Shown here: piece after piece, positions 40,414-51,700 of the stretch
Layout: every line of letters begins with the position of its first letter
How positions within the stretch are numbered: position 1 is the stretch's first letter
NCBI GenBank assembly: GCA_042218075.1
Contig: JBDGRK010000003.1
Span: 50,754-114,753 of the forward strand
Reading direction: 5' to 3'
Source of the DNA: Candidatus Nanohaloarchaea archaeon
Lineage (GTDB): Archaea; Nanohalarchaeota; Nanosalinia; Nanosalinales; Nanosalinaceae
DNA length: 64,000 bases
Program-made: the position numbers and the translations under genes
The notes under the pieces: model-generated
Told to the model about the DNA's origin: nothing
Database searches by the model: none
Seen by the model: only the letters and a program-made list of their open reading frames with translations

Positions 40414-40689
40414 TCACCTCTCTAGAGCGGCAATAATTTGCTCTCCATTATTTATTTCGTCCTCAAAGAAAATAAATTCGGCTTCTTTCTCCCCTGGATC
40501 GTATACAAGTCGGCCCATTTTACTCTGTTCAAAGTAAACCTGGATCATGTAGTCCTGGCCCTCAAAAATCTCCCATTCGTCAGCAACTTCTCCAATACTT
40601 TTTCCAGTAGCTTTCGGTGTTGCACCTCCAGTATCGGTTTCCTTGGGAACAATCTCATAGTAGTCGATCTCAAGTGAAGTCGATCCCAT
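40414..40689 (-). CDS. Hypothetical protein
   Basis: Acidic ORF upstream of the BtuF-like gene. Confidence 0.55.
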   Translation of the reverse strand: MGSTSLEIDYYEIVPKETDTGGATPKATGKSIGEVADEWEIFEGQDYMIQVYFEQSKMGRLVYDPGEKEAEFIFFEDEINNGEQIIAALER

Positions 40690-40807
40690 TGATTCCCTGC
40701 ATTTAGTGAGGTAGTCCTCAATATTGTAGATGTAACTAGAAGTCATGAATCCGATTCTCTAAATATTGTGCCGGAAACGTTTTGAATCTGGTGATCACTT
40801 CTAACAC

Positions 40808-41650
40808 ATGACTTTCAGAGTAGGTGCACACGTTTCGATCTCGGGCGGTGTGGAAAAAGCTGTAGATAGACAAAAAGGAGAGAATGGAAACTGTGGACAG
40901 ATATTCGCGGGAAGTCCAAGAACCTGGAGCGTTTCGGAATACACTCAAGAGGATGGAGAAACGTTCCAGGAAGCGAGGCAAAGGGAAGATCAGCACCCAT
41001 ACGTCATACATTCCACCTACCTTGTGAACCTAGCAACTCCAAAGGATGATCTCTTCCAGAAATCGCTGAAATGTCTACAGGCAGAGCTTGAGGCTGCTCG
41101 CAACCTGGGAATAGAGTATGTTGTTTTCCATCCAGGCGCACACACCGGATCGGGCCGGAAGAACGGAATCACGAGGATAGCTGAAGGAATTGATGAACTG
41201 GAAATCCCCGAAGAAGTGACGCTGCTGCTCGAAAATACAGCGGGAAAGGGCACAACCCTTGGAAAGACAATGGGGGAGCTCAGGCAGATGATGGATAAAG
41301 CGGACACAGATGGTGAAAAGCTTGGAGTCTGCATCGATACCTGTCACGCCCACGCAGCGGGTTATGAACTGAGGAAGGAAGAAGGTTTCTCGGATTTCAT
41401 CCAGGAAATGGAGAAAGATCTGGGCATTGATAGAGTAAAAGTAATCCACCTGAACGATTCGAAGGATGAGAAAGGCAGCGAGAAAGACAACCACGAGGAC
41501 ATAGGCCAAGGAAACATAGGTGAAGACGGTTTCAGGAACTTGGTCAATTCATCGGAACTTGAGCAGAAGCCCATGATACTTGAGACCCCACAGGACCACA
41601 GGGAAAGCTACAGGCAGAACGTGGAGAAGATCAGGCAACTGAGAGAATAG
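40808..41650 (+). CDS. nfo: Endonuclease IV
   Basis: GAHVS, FHPG, LENTAG, CIDTCH, HLNDS, ILETP. Confidence 0.97.
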   Translation: MTFRVGAHVSISGGVEKAVDRQKGENGNCGQIFAGSPRTWSVSEYTQEDGETFQEARQREDQHPYVIHSTYLVNLATPKDDLFQKSLKCLQAELEAARNLGIEYVVFHPGAHTGSGRKNGITRIAEGIDELEIPEEVTLLLENTAGKGTTLGKTMGELRQMMDKADTDGEKLGVCIDTCHAHAAGYELRKEEGFSDFIQEMEKDLGIDRVKVIHLNDSKDEKGSEKDNHEDIGQGNIGEDGFRNLVNSSELEQKPMILETPQDHRESYRQNVEKIRQLRE

Positions 41651-41928
41651 TATCTTGATTAACAAGAATCACAGTTTAATTTAAGCGATTTTAAGTCTAA
41701 AAATATTTTAGAAACCGTTATATTTGTTTTAGTGGTTATATTTTTTATACATAGATTTCAATCTGGAGATATGAATCTGATCTACCTGATATCAGTGACT
41801 GCAAAAATTGCAACTATCCTTGGTTTTCTACTAACAGTGGCTCAATTGCAGCGGGCAGTAAATGCCATAAAGAACCAAGACCGAATTAAAGATAGCGAGC
41901 ACTTTACTGTAATAAACAGGTGATTTAG

Positions 41929-42305
41929 GTGGAAGAGCTTGACGTAGCAGAGGGAGGCATCAGAATCTGGCAGCCTATTTCCGAATTATAGGTGATAAGG
42001 AGATATTCAGCAGAACCCTGGAGGAAGGCGCCATAAGTGTTTACGCGGACCACGGAGAGATCATCTTCTCCTACATACACGATCGGTTAGGTAAGAAAGT
42101 CGTGAAAGCGGATTTAAACGAATACGTGGAAGATGAAAAAGGAAGCGTCAGTATGAAAATGAATTGGAGTGTAGAAGAGAACAGTCTGAGAATAGATATA
42201 GACGGTAAAGAGGTGTTTGAAGGCTGCATCTCAGGAGAAAATACCGGAGTAAATGAGAGGCAAAGGGAATCCCGAGCAGAAAAATTCAGTTTTTTCAGTC
42301 TTTGA
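41929..42305 (+). pseudogene. Frameshifted hypothetical gene
   Basis: MEELDVAEGGIRIW (frame A) continues as YFRIIGDKEIFSRTLEEG... in the frame of ORF 42102..42305. Confidence 0.4.
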
Positions 42306-42351
42306 ATATTTGACCGTTCATCTTATTAACAAATGTTACTCAGCATAAGAC

Positions 42352-43281
42352 ATGCCGCTTCACGGGCTGAAGGCCGACCTGGAGCTAATCGTACTTGTTT
42401 TATCAGCCGGAATCGTTTCATTTTTCGTTTCGGGAGCAGTATTCTCGAATGTCATGTTTACCGTATTGCTTGTCGCTCTGTTCTTCCTTATGGGCCTTCA
42501 TGCCGACCTGAGGTTTTTCCAGGCCTTGAGAACTAGGAGGAAGGAGATCATGTTGTCGCTGGAAGGTATTTTCATTTTGGCACCGGTCATAGCTTTCGTT
42601 TTTTCCTACATTCCCGGGCCTATCGGAAAGGCTGTTCTCGTGGTCGGGGTATCGGCTTCGGCGTTTGGATCTCCAAAGATATGGTCTAACATTTCTAACT
42701 CGGATGGAGAGCTTGTATCCTTCGCGGCGACCTTCAGTCTGCTGGGATCTGTAGCAATTCTACCCCTGATAATGCAGGTGTATCCGCTCGAAATAGAAAT
42801 GGATCTTTTACTCGGGAACTTACCCTTTGTTGTGGTACCCTTCCTTGTGGGCGTGGTTTCACAGAGCTATGAAACAGGGATTTTGGAGGATATAAGGCTT
42901 CACTTCTCAAAGCTCAGTTTCTGGCTTATAGTGGCTATAACCCTGGTACAGGCCCGGCTTCTCTACGTGAACGAGGGATTGTTACAGCTATCAGTTCTGG
43001 CTCTCAGCTCCCTTGTTTTCATTCTTTTCATAATCATGAGTTTTGGATACTCACACCTTCTCTCAAGGATGTCGGGATTCTACGAGAAGGAAGCCAGGAG
43101 CATCGGCTACATAACTTCAAGCAAGAATATTGGCGTGGCGCTTTTCATCGCGGCCCAGGTTTCAGGGGAGGTAATACTTCTGGTTTGCCTCTACTACTTC
43201 GTAAGACAGCTCACAGGTCTAGCCATCACAGATCTGTACCGACATGGAGAAACCAGGCTGAAGGATAGAGTAGCCTTTTAA
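42352..43281 (+). CDS. Bile acid:sodium symporter family transporter
   Basis: Multi-TM; FFLMGL, SSKNIGVALFIA. Confidence 0.75.
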   Translation: MPLHGLKADLELIVLVLSAGIVSFFVSGAVFSNVMFTVLLVALFFLMGLHADLRFFQALRTRRKEIMLSLEGIFILAPVIAFVFSYIPGPIGKAVLVVGVSASAFGSPKIWSNISNSDGELVSFAATFSLLGSVAILPLIMQVYPLEIEMDLLLGNLPFVVVPFLVGVVSQSYETGILEDIRLHFSKLSFWLIVAITLVQARLLYVNEGLLQLSVLALSSLVFILFIIMSFGYSHLLSRMSGFYEKEARSIGYITSSKNIGVALFIAAQVSGEVILLVCLYYFVRQLTGLAITDLYRHGETRLKDRVAF

Positions 43282-43352
43282 AACTGATACCCGAATTTCG
43301 ATATATAAAGTCGATACATATTGATATCGATTTCTAATTTGAAGTGAAATTT

Positions 43353-43856
43353 ATGAGCGAAATACATCGAGACCAAAGAGTGGGCGTCTACGTGGACGTC
43401 CAGAACATGTACTACAGCGCAAAAAACCTTTACGATTCAAAAGTTGATTTCGAGAAACTGCTTGACAGGGCGGTGATGAACCGTGCACTGGTAAGGGCGA
43501 AGGCCTACGTTATACAGGCAGACACGCCTGACGAATCAAACTTTTTCGAGGCCCTCCGCCAGATAGGATACGAAGTGAAGCAGAAAGAGCTGAAGGAATT
43601 CTACGGAGGACAGAAAAAGGGAGACTGGGACATAGGAATAACCATCGACATGGTGCAGGAGGCAAAGAAGCTCGATTCAGTGATTCTTGTGACCGGAGAC
43701 GGAGACTTCGCACCTGTGGTAAACCACCTGCAATCAATGGGATGCAGGGTTGAGGTAATGAGCTTCGGAAGTTCCTCTGCAAAAGAGATTAGACAGGCAG
43801 CGACCAAGTTCCTTGACATGGATGAAAACCCGGAGAAATACCTGGTAGATGACTGA
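43353..43856 (+). CDS. NYN (LabA/DUF88) domain nuclease
   Basis: YVDVQNMY, KGDWDIG, TGDGDF. Confidence 0.92.
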   Translation: MSEIHRDQRVGVYVDVQNMYYSAKNLYDSKVDFEKLLDRAVMNRALVRAKAYVIQADTPDESNFFEALRQIGYEVKQKELKEFYGGQKKGDWDIGITIDMVQEAKKLDSVILVTGDGDFAPVVNHLQSMGCRVEVMSFGSSSAKEIRQAATKFLDMDENPEKYLVDD

Positions 43857-43859
43857 ATA

Positions 43860-45029
43860 ATGACGTCAGTAGAGAAGGTTGCCGCCCTGGAAGTGATGGA
43901 GGAGGATCCGGTTACAGTCCAGAGGCACAGAAACCTGGGATCCGTAAAGAACCTGATGGAGGAGGAAGAGCTGAGAGCAATCACCGTGGTCGACTCTGAG
44001 GATAGACTTGAGGGAGCGGTCAGCTACAGGGAGCTTATCAGGCATATTAAGTTCAATCCGGGCGAGTCGAATATTGGAAAGGTGATGCACCAGCCACCCA
44101 AGTTTGATCAGAAGGATTCCCTGGTGGAATTGTGCGACCTCAGGATCAACTCGGGTAGAAAGCTTCTGGTTGCCCTGGATAGTGGGAAGCTCGCGGGTGT
44201 AATCGGCGATGAACAGTTCAGGCAGGCATTCAGTGGTATAGAAGAGCTTCAGGATGTCACTACAGGAAATCTGGCATCAAGAAATGTTGAAACAGTCGAA
44301 GAATCGGAAAGCCTGGAGAAGGCCAGGCACAGCATGCTTGACAACAATATATCCAGGCTGCCTGTCGTTGACTCAAGTGAAAATCTCACCGGTATAGTAA
44401 GAAGTACAGATCTGCTGAGGATGATCGTTCCGATGGAATCCCAGGACGCAGGAGGAACATCAGGAGGAAGAAAAAATGCCAGGGATATCAATATTGCGGG
44501 AGGATCAGAGAAGCAGAAAATGTCGGATATCCCTGTCAGGGAATTGATGAAAAAGAATGTGGATTCAAGTGAACACCACATCGAAGCCAGCTCAGCCGCG
44601 GAAAAGTTTGAAAGCCAGGGGCTGAAAGAGATGATTTTTACCGATCAGGGCCATCCGGATTCAATTCTGAGCCTGAAGGATTTCGTGGATTATCTTGCGG
44701 AGTTTGCACCCGGTAGAACGATAATGGTTAATCTGATAGGACTTGAGATGCCAGAGGAAAAGGCTGCTGTCCACGACAAGATAAGCAACCAGCTGAGAGG
44801 TTCCCTTGGCCGTAAACTTGAGAGACCGGAGGAACTGACTGTCAGGTTCAAGAAGGCCGAGAAAGACGGTAAAAAGCACAGGTGGGAGATAGAGATGAAG
44901 CTTTACTCCGAGTACGGCATGCTGAACGTGGAGGAAGAGGCCTGGGACATGCTGGAGGCTGTCGATGAAGCCCTGGGAGAGCTTGACTCCATTGTCAGGA
45001 AAAGAAAGGAGAGGCGAAAGGAACACTGA
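43860..45029 (+). CDS. Tandem-CBS protein with C-terminal HPF/RaiA-like domain
   Basis: Four CBS repeats (ISRLPVV); C-terminus ...VEEEAWDMLEAVDEALGELDSIVRKRKE. Confidence 0.75.
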   Translation: MTSVEKVAALEVMEEDPVTVQRHRNLGSVKNLMEEEELRAITVVDSEDRLEGAVSYRELIRHIKFNPGESNIGKVMHQPPKFDQKDSLVELCDLRINSGRKLLVALDSGKLAGVIGDEQFRQAFSGIEELQDVTTGNLASRNVETVEESESLEKARHSMLDNNISRLPVVDSSENLTGIVRSTDLLRMIVPMESQDAGGTSGGRKNARDINIAGGSEKQKMSDIPVRELMKKNVDSSEHHIEASSAAEKFESQGLKEMIFTDQGHPDSILSLKDFVDYLAEFAPGRTIMVNLIGLEMPEEKAAVHDKISNQLRGSLGRKLERPEELTVRFKKAEKDGKKHRWEIEMKLYSEYGMLNVEEEAWDMLEAVDEALGELDSIVRKRKERRKEH

Positions 45030-45386
45030 TCAGCCAAGCTCTTCTTTCTCCATCTTCTCAAGCTTGCTTTGCTGCGAGATTCCATATTTCTCGGCGATTT
45101 TTTCGAACCCCATCGCCGCATAGATCAGGTAGATGAAAACCGCCACAAGCGTGAAGTAGAGCGGGTACTTGGCAGCTAATGATCCCGAGAAAAAAGTGTT
45201 GTAAAGCTGGTAGTACGAAACGTATAGAAGCAGTACCGCGATAGCCATCAGGAATCTCTTGGAGAACTCTTGGATTACCTCGTCTTCCATCCCCTTGAAA
45301 GTGGTGTAGACTATGAAGAATGTTATACTGCCTATCGCAAGTGTTCCGGCAGTATTCAACGAGAGGATCAGCTGATCTAATGTCAC
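45030..45386 (-). CDS. Small membrane protein
   Basis: Three TM segments. Confidence 0.7.
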   Translation of the reverse strand: MTLDQLILSLNTAGTLAIGSITFFIVYTTFKGMEDEVIQEFSKRFLMAIAVLLLYVSYYQLYNTFFSGSLAAKYPLYFTLVAVFIYLIYAAMGFEKIAEKYGISQQSKLEKMEKEELG

Positions 45387-45460
45387 GTAATGTGTTTCCA
45401 GGCCTTTTTTAAATAACTAGGCTGCTGGTACCGGATCAGCCTGTTATCCCAAGCTATTTT

Positions 45461-47245
45461 TCAGATTCTCACTTCAAGATTGTTTGCTTCGTGGCTGGAA
45501 AGTACCTGTCCGGCAAGTTCAGAGTCTTTTGTGAGAGATACCTCTCCGTTCTTTCCCACGGTTGCAGTGAAAAGAAACTCTTCTCCATCGTAGACGTCGA
45601 TATCCTCGCCCGATTTATCCGTCCCGACATTGATAACCAGCGAGTTACCTCTCTCTTCAACCTGGAACTGGATACCTGACTTCAGCGTATTCTTCCTGGG
45701 CTCTACAGTAATATCGAGTCCGAGTTCCTCCTCAAGTTCATCTATGTTCTCTCCACCGTGACCTATTACATGAGGTATCTCGTCCTCCTCTACCAGCAGC
45801 CTGATGTGATTACTGGACACGAACTCAATCTCCGGATCCTTAGCCATTCCGCTGAGCTCGTGCTCAAGCTGTTTCCTCGCATATTTTTCGGCTCCTGATT
45901 CTTCTTTCTCTCCGACGGGAATAACCACTGTTTCCTCTCCATAAGTGTAAATCTCATACTCCGGCTTCTCATCCTCGAGTCTCCTGACTTCCACGACAGG
46001 TCTGGCCAGATCTTCTTCCGTCATTCCCTCCGGCACCTTCACGGTAAGCTTCAGCTTGTATACTTTCTCGACCTCTGCGTTCTCTATATGGACAACTGTA
46101 TCAACCACCTGGGGAATCATTCCTAGCTCAACACGCCCAATCAGCCTCTGAACAGCGTCTACAGCCTCCGAGGCGTGCACAACTCCAACCATCCCGACCC
46201 CCGCCATCCTCATATCGGAGTAGACTTCGAAGTCATCAGTCTTTCTGACTTCATCGTAGATCGTGTAGTCCGGTCTCACCAGTAGAAGGAAGTCACCCGT
46301 GTTCTCCATCGATTCCTCGAGCTCTGCATACTGCGTGATCTCCGACCCAACATCCAGGTCGCGGGGCTTCTCCATCGTCTTCAGAATCTCCCCTCTCTCC
46401 TCGTAGAGTCCGGCCAGGGCCTGTGCAAAGGTGGATTTACCATGACCCGGGGCTCCCGCGATAAGTATTCCTTCGGCCTCTTTCTCCAGCCTTTCCATCA
46501 GTTTCTCCGAAAGCTCGTAATCCTCCAGCTCAACCTTCGATACCGGTCTCACTGCGGTGATTTCCGGTGCCTCGGAGAAAGGCGGCCGTGATATAGCTAT
46601 CCTGTATCTTCCAATCTGTACCACTGTTGCCCCTTCCTTCTCCAATTCGACCAGACCCTCGTCCGACATCTCCGCCTTCTCAATCGTCTCCTGTATCAGG
46701 CTGTTCATCTCCTGCTCTGAAAGCTCTTCATTCCTGATCTTTTCCAGCTCAAACTCTCCAGGCATGCCTTTCTTGGCCTTGGGAGCGGAGTTCTGCTTCA
46801 GGTGGACGCTCATCGTCTCCCCGTCAAAGTACTCTTTAATCCTGAATGATTCAATCCTCTCCATCTCGAAGAACCTGTGATCTATTCCCTTCGCGTCAGC
46901 AATCTTTGCCTGCACGCGGTCCGCGGTGTAGAGCCTGGCTTCCATTTCCTCGGCTACGTCCCTTATGAGTGCATCGATTCTTCCCGAGGAAGCCAGATCT
47001 ATCTCCTCCTGAGTCGGTTTTCTACCTGAGAAAGAGACATCGAATCCTTCATTCTCTCCTACCTCTCTCAGCTCTTTGATTTCCTCGATCCCCGTATAAC
47101 CTATCTCGAGTCCACTGTTAGCCTGGTTCTCAAGCTCGTCTACAACAAACTCTGGTATAATTACCTCTCCCTCTATCTCTCCCGTCTCTGCCAGTTCCGA
47201 CATTTTTCCGTCTACAAGAATCGAGGTATCAGGGACTATTTTCAT
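45461..47245 (-). CDS. PINc/VirB11-like ATPase with KH domain (PINA type)
   Basis: VPDTS PIN, GAPGHGKST, RPDYTIYDEVR, VIGHGGENI KH. Confidence 0.93.
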   Translation of the reverse strand: MKIVPDTSILVDGKMSELAETGEIEGEVIIPEFVVDELENQANSGLEIGYTGIEEIKELREVGENEGFDVSFSGRKPTQEEIDLASSGRIDALIRDVAEEMEARLYTADRVQAKIADAKGIDHRFFEMERIESFRIKEYFDGETMSVHLKQNSAPKAKKGMPGEFELEKIRNEELSEQEMNSLIQETIEKAEMSDEGLVELEKEGATVVQIGRYRIAISRPPFSEAPEITAVRPVSKVELEDYELSEKLMERLEKEAEGILIAGAPGHGKSTFAQALAGLYEERGEILKTMEKPRDLDVGSEITQYAELEESMENTGDFLLLVRPDYTIYDEVRKTDDFEVYSDMRMAGVGMVGVVHASEAVDAVQRLIGRVELGMIPQVVDTVVHIENAEVEKVYKLKLTVKVPEGMTEEDLARPVVEVRRLEDEKPEYEIYTYGEETVVIPVGEKEESGAEKYARKQLEHELSGMAKDPEIEFVSSNHIRLLVEEDEIPHVIGHGGENIDELEEELGLDITVEPRKNTLKSGIQFQVEERGNSLVINVGTDKSGEDIDVYDGEEFLFTATVGKNGEVSLTKDSELAGQVLSSHEANNLEVRI

Positions 47246-47249
47246 TATA

Positions 47250-47606
47250 TTATCCTGATCTGGTCCAAGTTTCAAAAGTCTCGTGCAGGTTCGTATAGTC
47301 GGATATCAACGCCATGTAAATAGTAATTCCCTCAATATTGAGTTCTCCATCTGAAATAATGCCCCTGGTACCTGCGTTTTCCATCTCTGCCGGATAAAAT
47401 TCAGCCTGATCCTCTGCCAGTTGATGAAGCACTTCCAGATTTTGGGCGGAGTTTGGATCGTCAGGATTGTATAGAAGTCTGACTATATCATAGAATTCCG
47501 AAGTTGCATCGTGCCTGTGGGCCCATTCTGAAATAAGTGAATCCTTCTCTTCAGGATATCTCTCGGGATTGGATTCAATATTGAAACTTCTAAGAAAATC
47601 GGGCAT
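47250..47606 (-). CDS. Hypothetical orphan
   Basis: Acidic ORF ending 5 nt before the ATPase start. Confidence 0.55.
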   Translation of the reverse strand: MPDFLRSFNIESNPERYPEEKDSLISEWAHRHDATSEFYDIVRLLYNPDDPNSAQNLEVLHQLAEDQAEFYPAEMENAGTRGIISDGELNIEGITIYMALISDYTNLHETFETWTRSG

Positions 47607-47633
47607 TCTTTTTTCTCCTAGCCAGTCTTCTAT

Positions 47634-48032
47634 CTATTCGTACCTTCGTCTGGAGCCAAGGAAAGCCTCTATAGCTTCCCATTTCTGGTAAATACTTGTT
47701 CCCAAGTCGTCTTCAAGACCATGATACTCCATAAGTTCCCCGGTCTCAGTTTCGTCAAGCTCTCCCATCTCTCCTGGATCAAACTTCAGTTTGATGTCTC
47801 CATCTTTCCGCCTCCTGAGGATCTCGAAAACTCCTTCATGAAAAAGCAAGTGGTAACTACTCGACATTTTCCTGAGTGTGCCAGGGTCTTCCATAACTCC
47901 GGCGGTACCTTGCTCTTTGTCAGATTCGATTTCTTCCCTATGATCCGGATCAATTTCGTGTTCTATATCTCCACCGTACTGGACTCTTTTCGCGAGTGTA
48001 TCAAAAACTTGATTTTGGTCTTCATCAACCAT
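47634..48032 (-). CDS. Hypothetical orphan
   Basis: Acidic 132-aa ORF. Confidence 0.6.
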   Translation of the reverse strand: MVDEDQNQVFDTLAKRVQYGGDIEHEIDPDHREEIESDKEQGTAGVMEDPGTLRKMSSSYHLLFHEGVFEILRRRKDGDIKLKFDPGEMGELDETETGELMEYHGLEDDLGTSIYQKWEAIEAFLGSRRRYE

Positions 48033-48154
48033 GTTAGATTGATGGACTCCAGGTTATTTGAATACATCCTTTTTTTGTCACTCTTTACTCAATATTCAAT
48101 CTTCTCCAACACGGAAGGGTTTATAAGACAGGACTGAATATTTTAGGATGAAAA

Positions 48155-48204
48155 GCACGACATGTTGTGGGGGAGGGGCATAGATTCTCCACAACATCTA
48201 GTAT
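48155..48204 (+). promoter_or_regulatory. Tandem NrdR boxes
   Basis: GCACGACATGTTGTGG (48155-48170) and CCACAACATCTAGTAT (48189-48204) downstream of TTTATAA box near 48120. Confidence 0.75.
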
Positions 48205-48229
48205 GCTGTAAAGCTTTCAAAGGGGAAAA

Positions 48230-48667
48230 ATGAACTGTCCGTACTGCGGGAGCGACTCTAGCAGGGTAATAGACACGAGGGAGACCTCGAAGAATGTAAG
48301 GAGAAGGAGAGAGTGTCCTGAATGCGAGAGACGCTTCACAACCTACGAGGAAATCGAGAAACTCGACATAAAAGTCAGGAAGAGCGATGGAACAGAGGAG
48401 CAGTTCGACGAGAACAAGATAATCCAGGGTGTCGAGAAAGCGGCAGAAAAGACCTCAATCTCCGATTCGGAAGTTGAAGAGATAGTCGACGAAGTCAAGA
48501 GAAGTTTCAGGGGAGAGAAACAGGTAGAATCCCGGAAGATTGGAGAAGCGGTCAAGAAGGAACTCAAGAAGAGGGACGAGGTCGCCTACATGAGGTTCGC
48601 ATCCGTCTACGACTCCTACGACGACGCGGAGCAGTTCATGGAGGAAGCCGAGCAGCTTGCCAAATAG
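48230..48667 (+). CDS. nrdR: Transcriptional repressor NrdR
   Basis: CPYCG..SRVIDTR..RRRRECPEC..RFTTYE, ATP cone, VAYMRFASVY. Confidence 0.97.
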   Translation: MNCPYCGSDSSRVIDTRETSKNVRRRRECPECERRFTTYEEIEKLDIKVRKSDGTEEQFDENKIIQGVEKAAEKTSISDSEVEEIVDEVKRSFRGEKQVESRKIGEAVKKELKKRDEVAYMRFASVYDSYDDAEQFMEEAEQLAK

Positions 48668-48718
48668 CATCATACTCACTCAATCACTTAACATCATGCT
48701 CAAAGGTGTTTCAACTAG

Positions 48719-51700
48719 ATGACTAATGTTCAACAGAAGACCAGTTTTAAACTACCCGTCAAGCGGGTGACAGGCGAAACCGTGGAAGAAAGACTTACCG
48801 AAAACGCTCACGACAGGATTCTTCCTGCCCGGTATCTACTGAAGGACGAGGAAGGAAATACTGTAGAGACTCCCAAGGAGATGTTCGAGCGCGTCGCGAA
48901 GAACGTAGCGCAGCCAGACAAAGAGTACGATGATATTGATTACGAGGATTCGTGGCAGGAGTTCTACGGGATGATGTCGAACCTGGAGTTCATGCCGAAC
49001 TCCCCGACACTTATGAACGCGGGGGCAGAACTCCAGCAACTGAGTGCGTGCTTCGTGGTTCATCCTGAGGACGACATGGACTCCATATTCAACAAGGTCC
49101 ACGACGCGGCGAAGATATTCCAGTCAGGAGGAGGCATGGGCTATCCCTTCCACCTGATGAGGCCCAAGGGCGATATTGTGAAGTCGACAGGAGGAATCGC
49201 GTCAGGACCCCTGAGCTTTCAACAGGTTTTCGACACCATGTGCGGGACTATCAAGCAGGGAGGAAAGAGAAGAGGAGCCCAGATGGGAATCATGCGTGTA
49301 GATCACCCGGACATCCTGAGGTTTATAGTTTCAAAGAGAAAGGAGGGCAACCTCTCCAACTTCAACATTTCCGTGGGACTGACGGAAGACTTCATGGAGG
49401 CGGTCAAGAACGACGAGGAATTCGAACTGATCAATCCTCGCACCGAAGAATCATTTGAAGTTTCAAGGAAGACGGCACAGTTCTACAACTCTGACGAGGA
49501 GTGGTATCCCGAGGCAGCAGGATCTGATCAGGGAAAGGATGACAACTTCTGGAGGGACTTTTCCGCAACGTTCTCCGACGAGGTCAACGAGTACGATATA
49601 GATCTTGAAGTAGGGGAGAAGATGACCTTACCCGCAAGGTTCATCTGGGAGTGTCTAGTGGATGGAGCCTGGAGAAACGGTGAGCCAGGACTCTTCATGT
49701 ACGACGAGACCAACGATCAACACTCCATAGACGTGGAGGAGCACCCGGAGCACAGAATCGAAGCAACAAATCCCTGTGTTACAGGAGACTCACTGATATC
49801 AACTGAGCAGGGTATATTCACGGCAGAGGAGCTTTACGAGCAGAGGATAGCCACTGATATAGTAGTGGACTCAAGGCTAAGTGATGAGAAGATCAAGGAA
49901 GCCAGCAGCGTGTACAAGACCGGTACCAAGGATGTCTACAGGCTCGAGACTGAAGAAGGTTTCGAGCTTAGACTCACCGAGGATCACAGGGTCATGACCG
50001 AGAAAGGATGGAAGGAAGCCCGTGAACTGGAAGAAGATGACGAAGTACATATTTTGGATCGTGAAGGTTCATTCGGTAGAGGAGGAACCCTTGAGGAAGG
50101 AAGAGTACTCGGCTGGCTTGTAGGCGATGGACAGATGAAGGAATCGGAGGAGAGAGCAGTGCTTCATTTCTACGACGAAGACTCTGAGATAACCTCAGAG
50201 TTTGCCAGTGATGTCAACAAAATTGTCAGGTCGCCGGAAGGAAATGCCGATTACGAGATCGGCGTCCAGGAGATCAGCAGGAGAGAGGGTCATAGGCAGA
50301 AATTGGAGGCAAAAGAGCAGAGAGTCAGATCCAAGAGACTCTGCGAACTGGCTGAAGAATACGGTCTTGCCGAGGAGAAGCTACAGGTGCCTGAAAAGGT
50401 GTTCCGGTCAGGTGAGCAGCTCGCAAGAGGATTCCTCCAGGGCCTTTTCACAGCTGACGGCTCCGTCCAGGGAACTACTGAGAAAGGAGTGCAGGTCAGG
50501 CTATCCAGTTCTGATGAAGAACTCCTGAAGGAAACACAGCAGCTACTCCTTAACTTTGGAATCTACAGCAAGATATACACTGAAAGGAGGGAAGAAGGAA
50601 GCAAAGAGATGCCCGATGGAAAAGGAGGAATCAGGGAGTACGACATCAAGGCACAGCACGATCTCGCGATTTCCAAAGAAAACCTGGAAAAGTTCAGGCA
50701 GAAGATCGGTTTCCTCAGAGAGGACAAGAACCAGGAACTAGAGCAAAAACTTTCGAACTACACCAGGGGGCCTTACCAGGAGAAGAGGACCGCGACTGTC
50801 GAGTATGTGGAAAAGGACGGTCACGAGGATGTCTACGACCTCACCGAACCTGAAACCCACTCATTTGTGGCTAACGGCATCGTGGTTCACAACTGCGGTG
50901 AGCAGCCATTGGAGAACTACGAGGCGTGCAACCTGGGACACATCAACCTCTCCCTGCTTGTAGAGGACCAGGGTGACGGCATGGGCCTCGACTGGAGGCA
51001 GTGGACCTCTGAAAATGCTGGAGAGTACGACTTCTCCTCACAGGAAGGACTTGAAGAAGCAATGAGCGACTACCTGCAGGAAGCCCTGAGGATGGACAAG
51101 TTCGAGGAGATAGCTAAGAAGGGAACGAGATTCCTGGACAACGTTGTAACGATGAGCGACTTCCCTCTCGAGGAGATCGAGGAAAAGGTCAGTTCGATGA
51201 GGAAGATCGGTCTCGGGCTGATGGGATTCGCACAGATGCTGATCCAGCTGGGCATCGAGTACGGAAGCGATGAGTCGATTGTAGCTGCCAAAGAAATCCA
51301 GAGGATGATAACACACTTCTCCGTCGAGGAATCTCATCGACTCGCGAAGGTTAGGGGAGAGTTCGACCACTACGAGAAGTCGAAGTGGGCGAATCCGACC
51401 GAGTACTCTGAATGGTTCCGGAAGTATTCAGGCGGGATGGATCCCGAGGAATATGAGGGAGGACTCAAGGTAAGAAACCACAACATGGTCACCATCGCTC
51501 CCACGGGAACGACTTCGATGATAGGCAACACATCCGGAGGATGCGAGCCGATCTACCAGGTCGCGTACTTCAAGAACGTCGCGAAGGACATCCAGGGAGA
51601 GGACATGCTTGTGGAGTTCGACGACTACTTCATCCGCGCTCTTGAGGCCAACGACATCGATATTGAGGAAGTCAAGCAAGAGGTAGAGAACCTGATGAGA

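Noticed and set aside
43297-43333. Clustered TCGATA/GATATC words upstream of the NYN gene
   Set aside because: AT-rich promoter context with no second occurrence to support an operator
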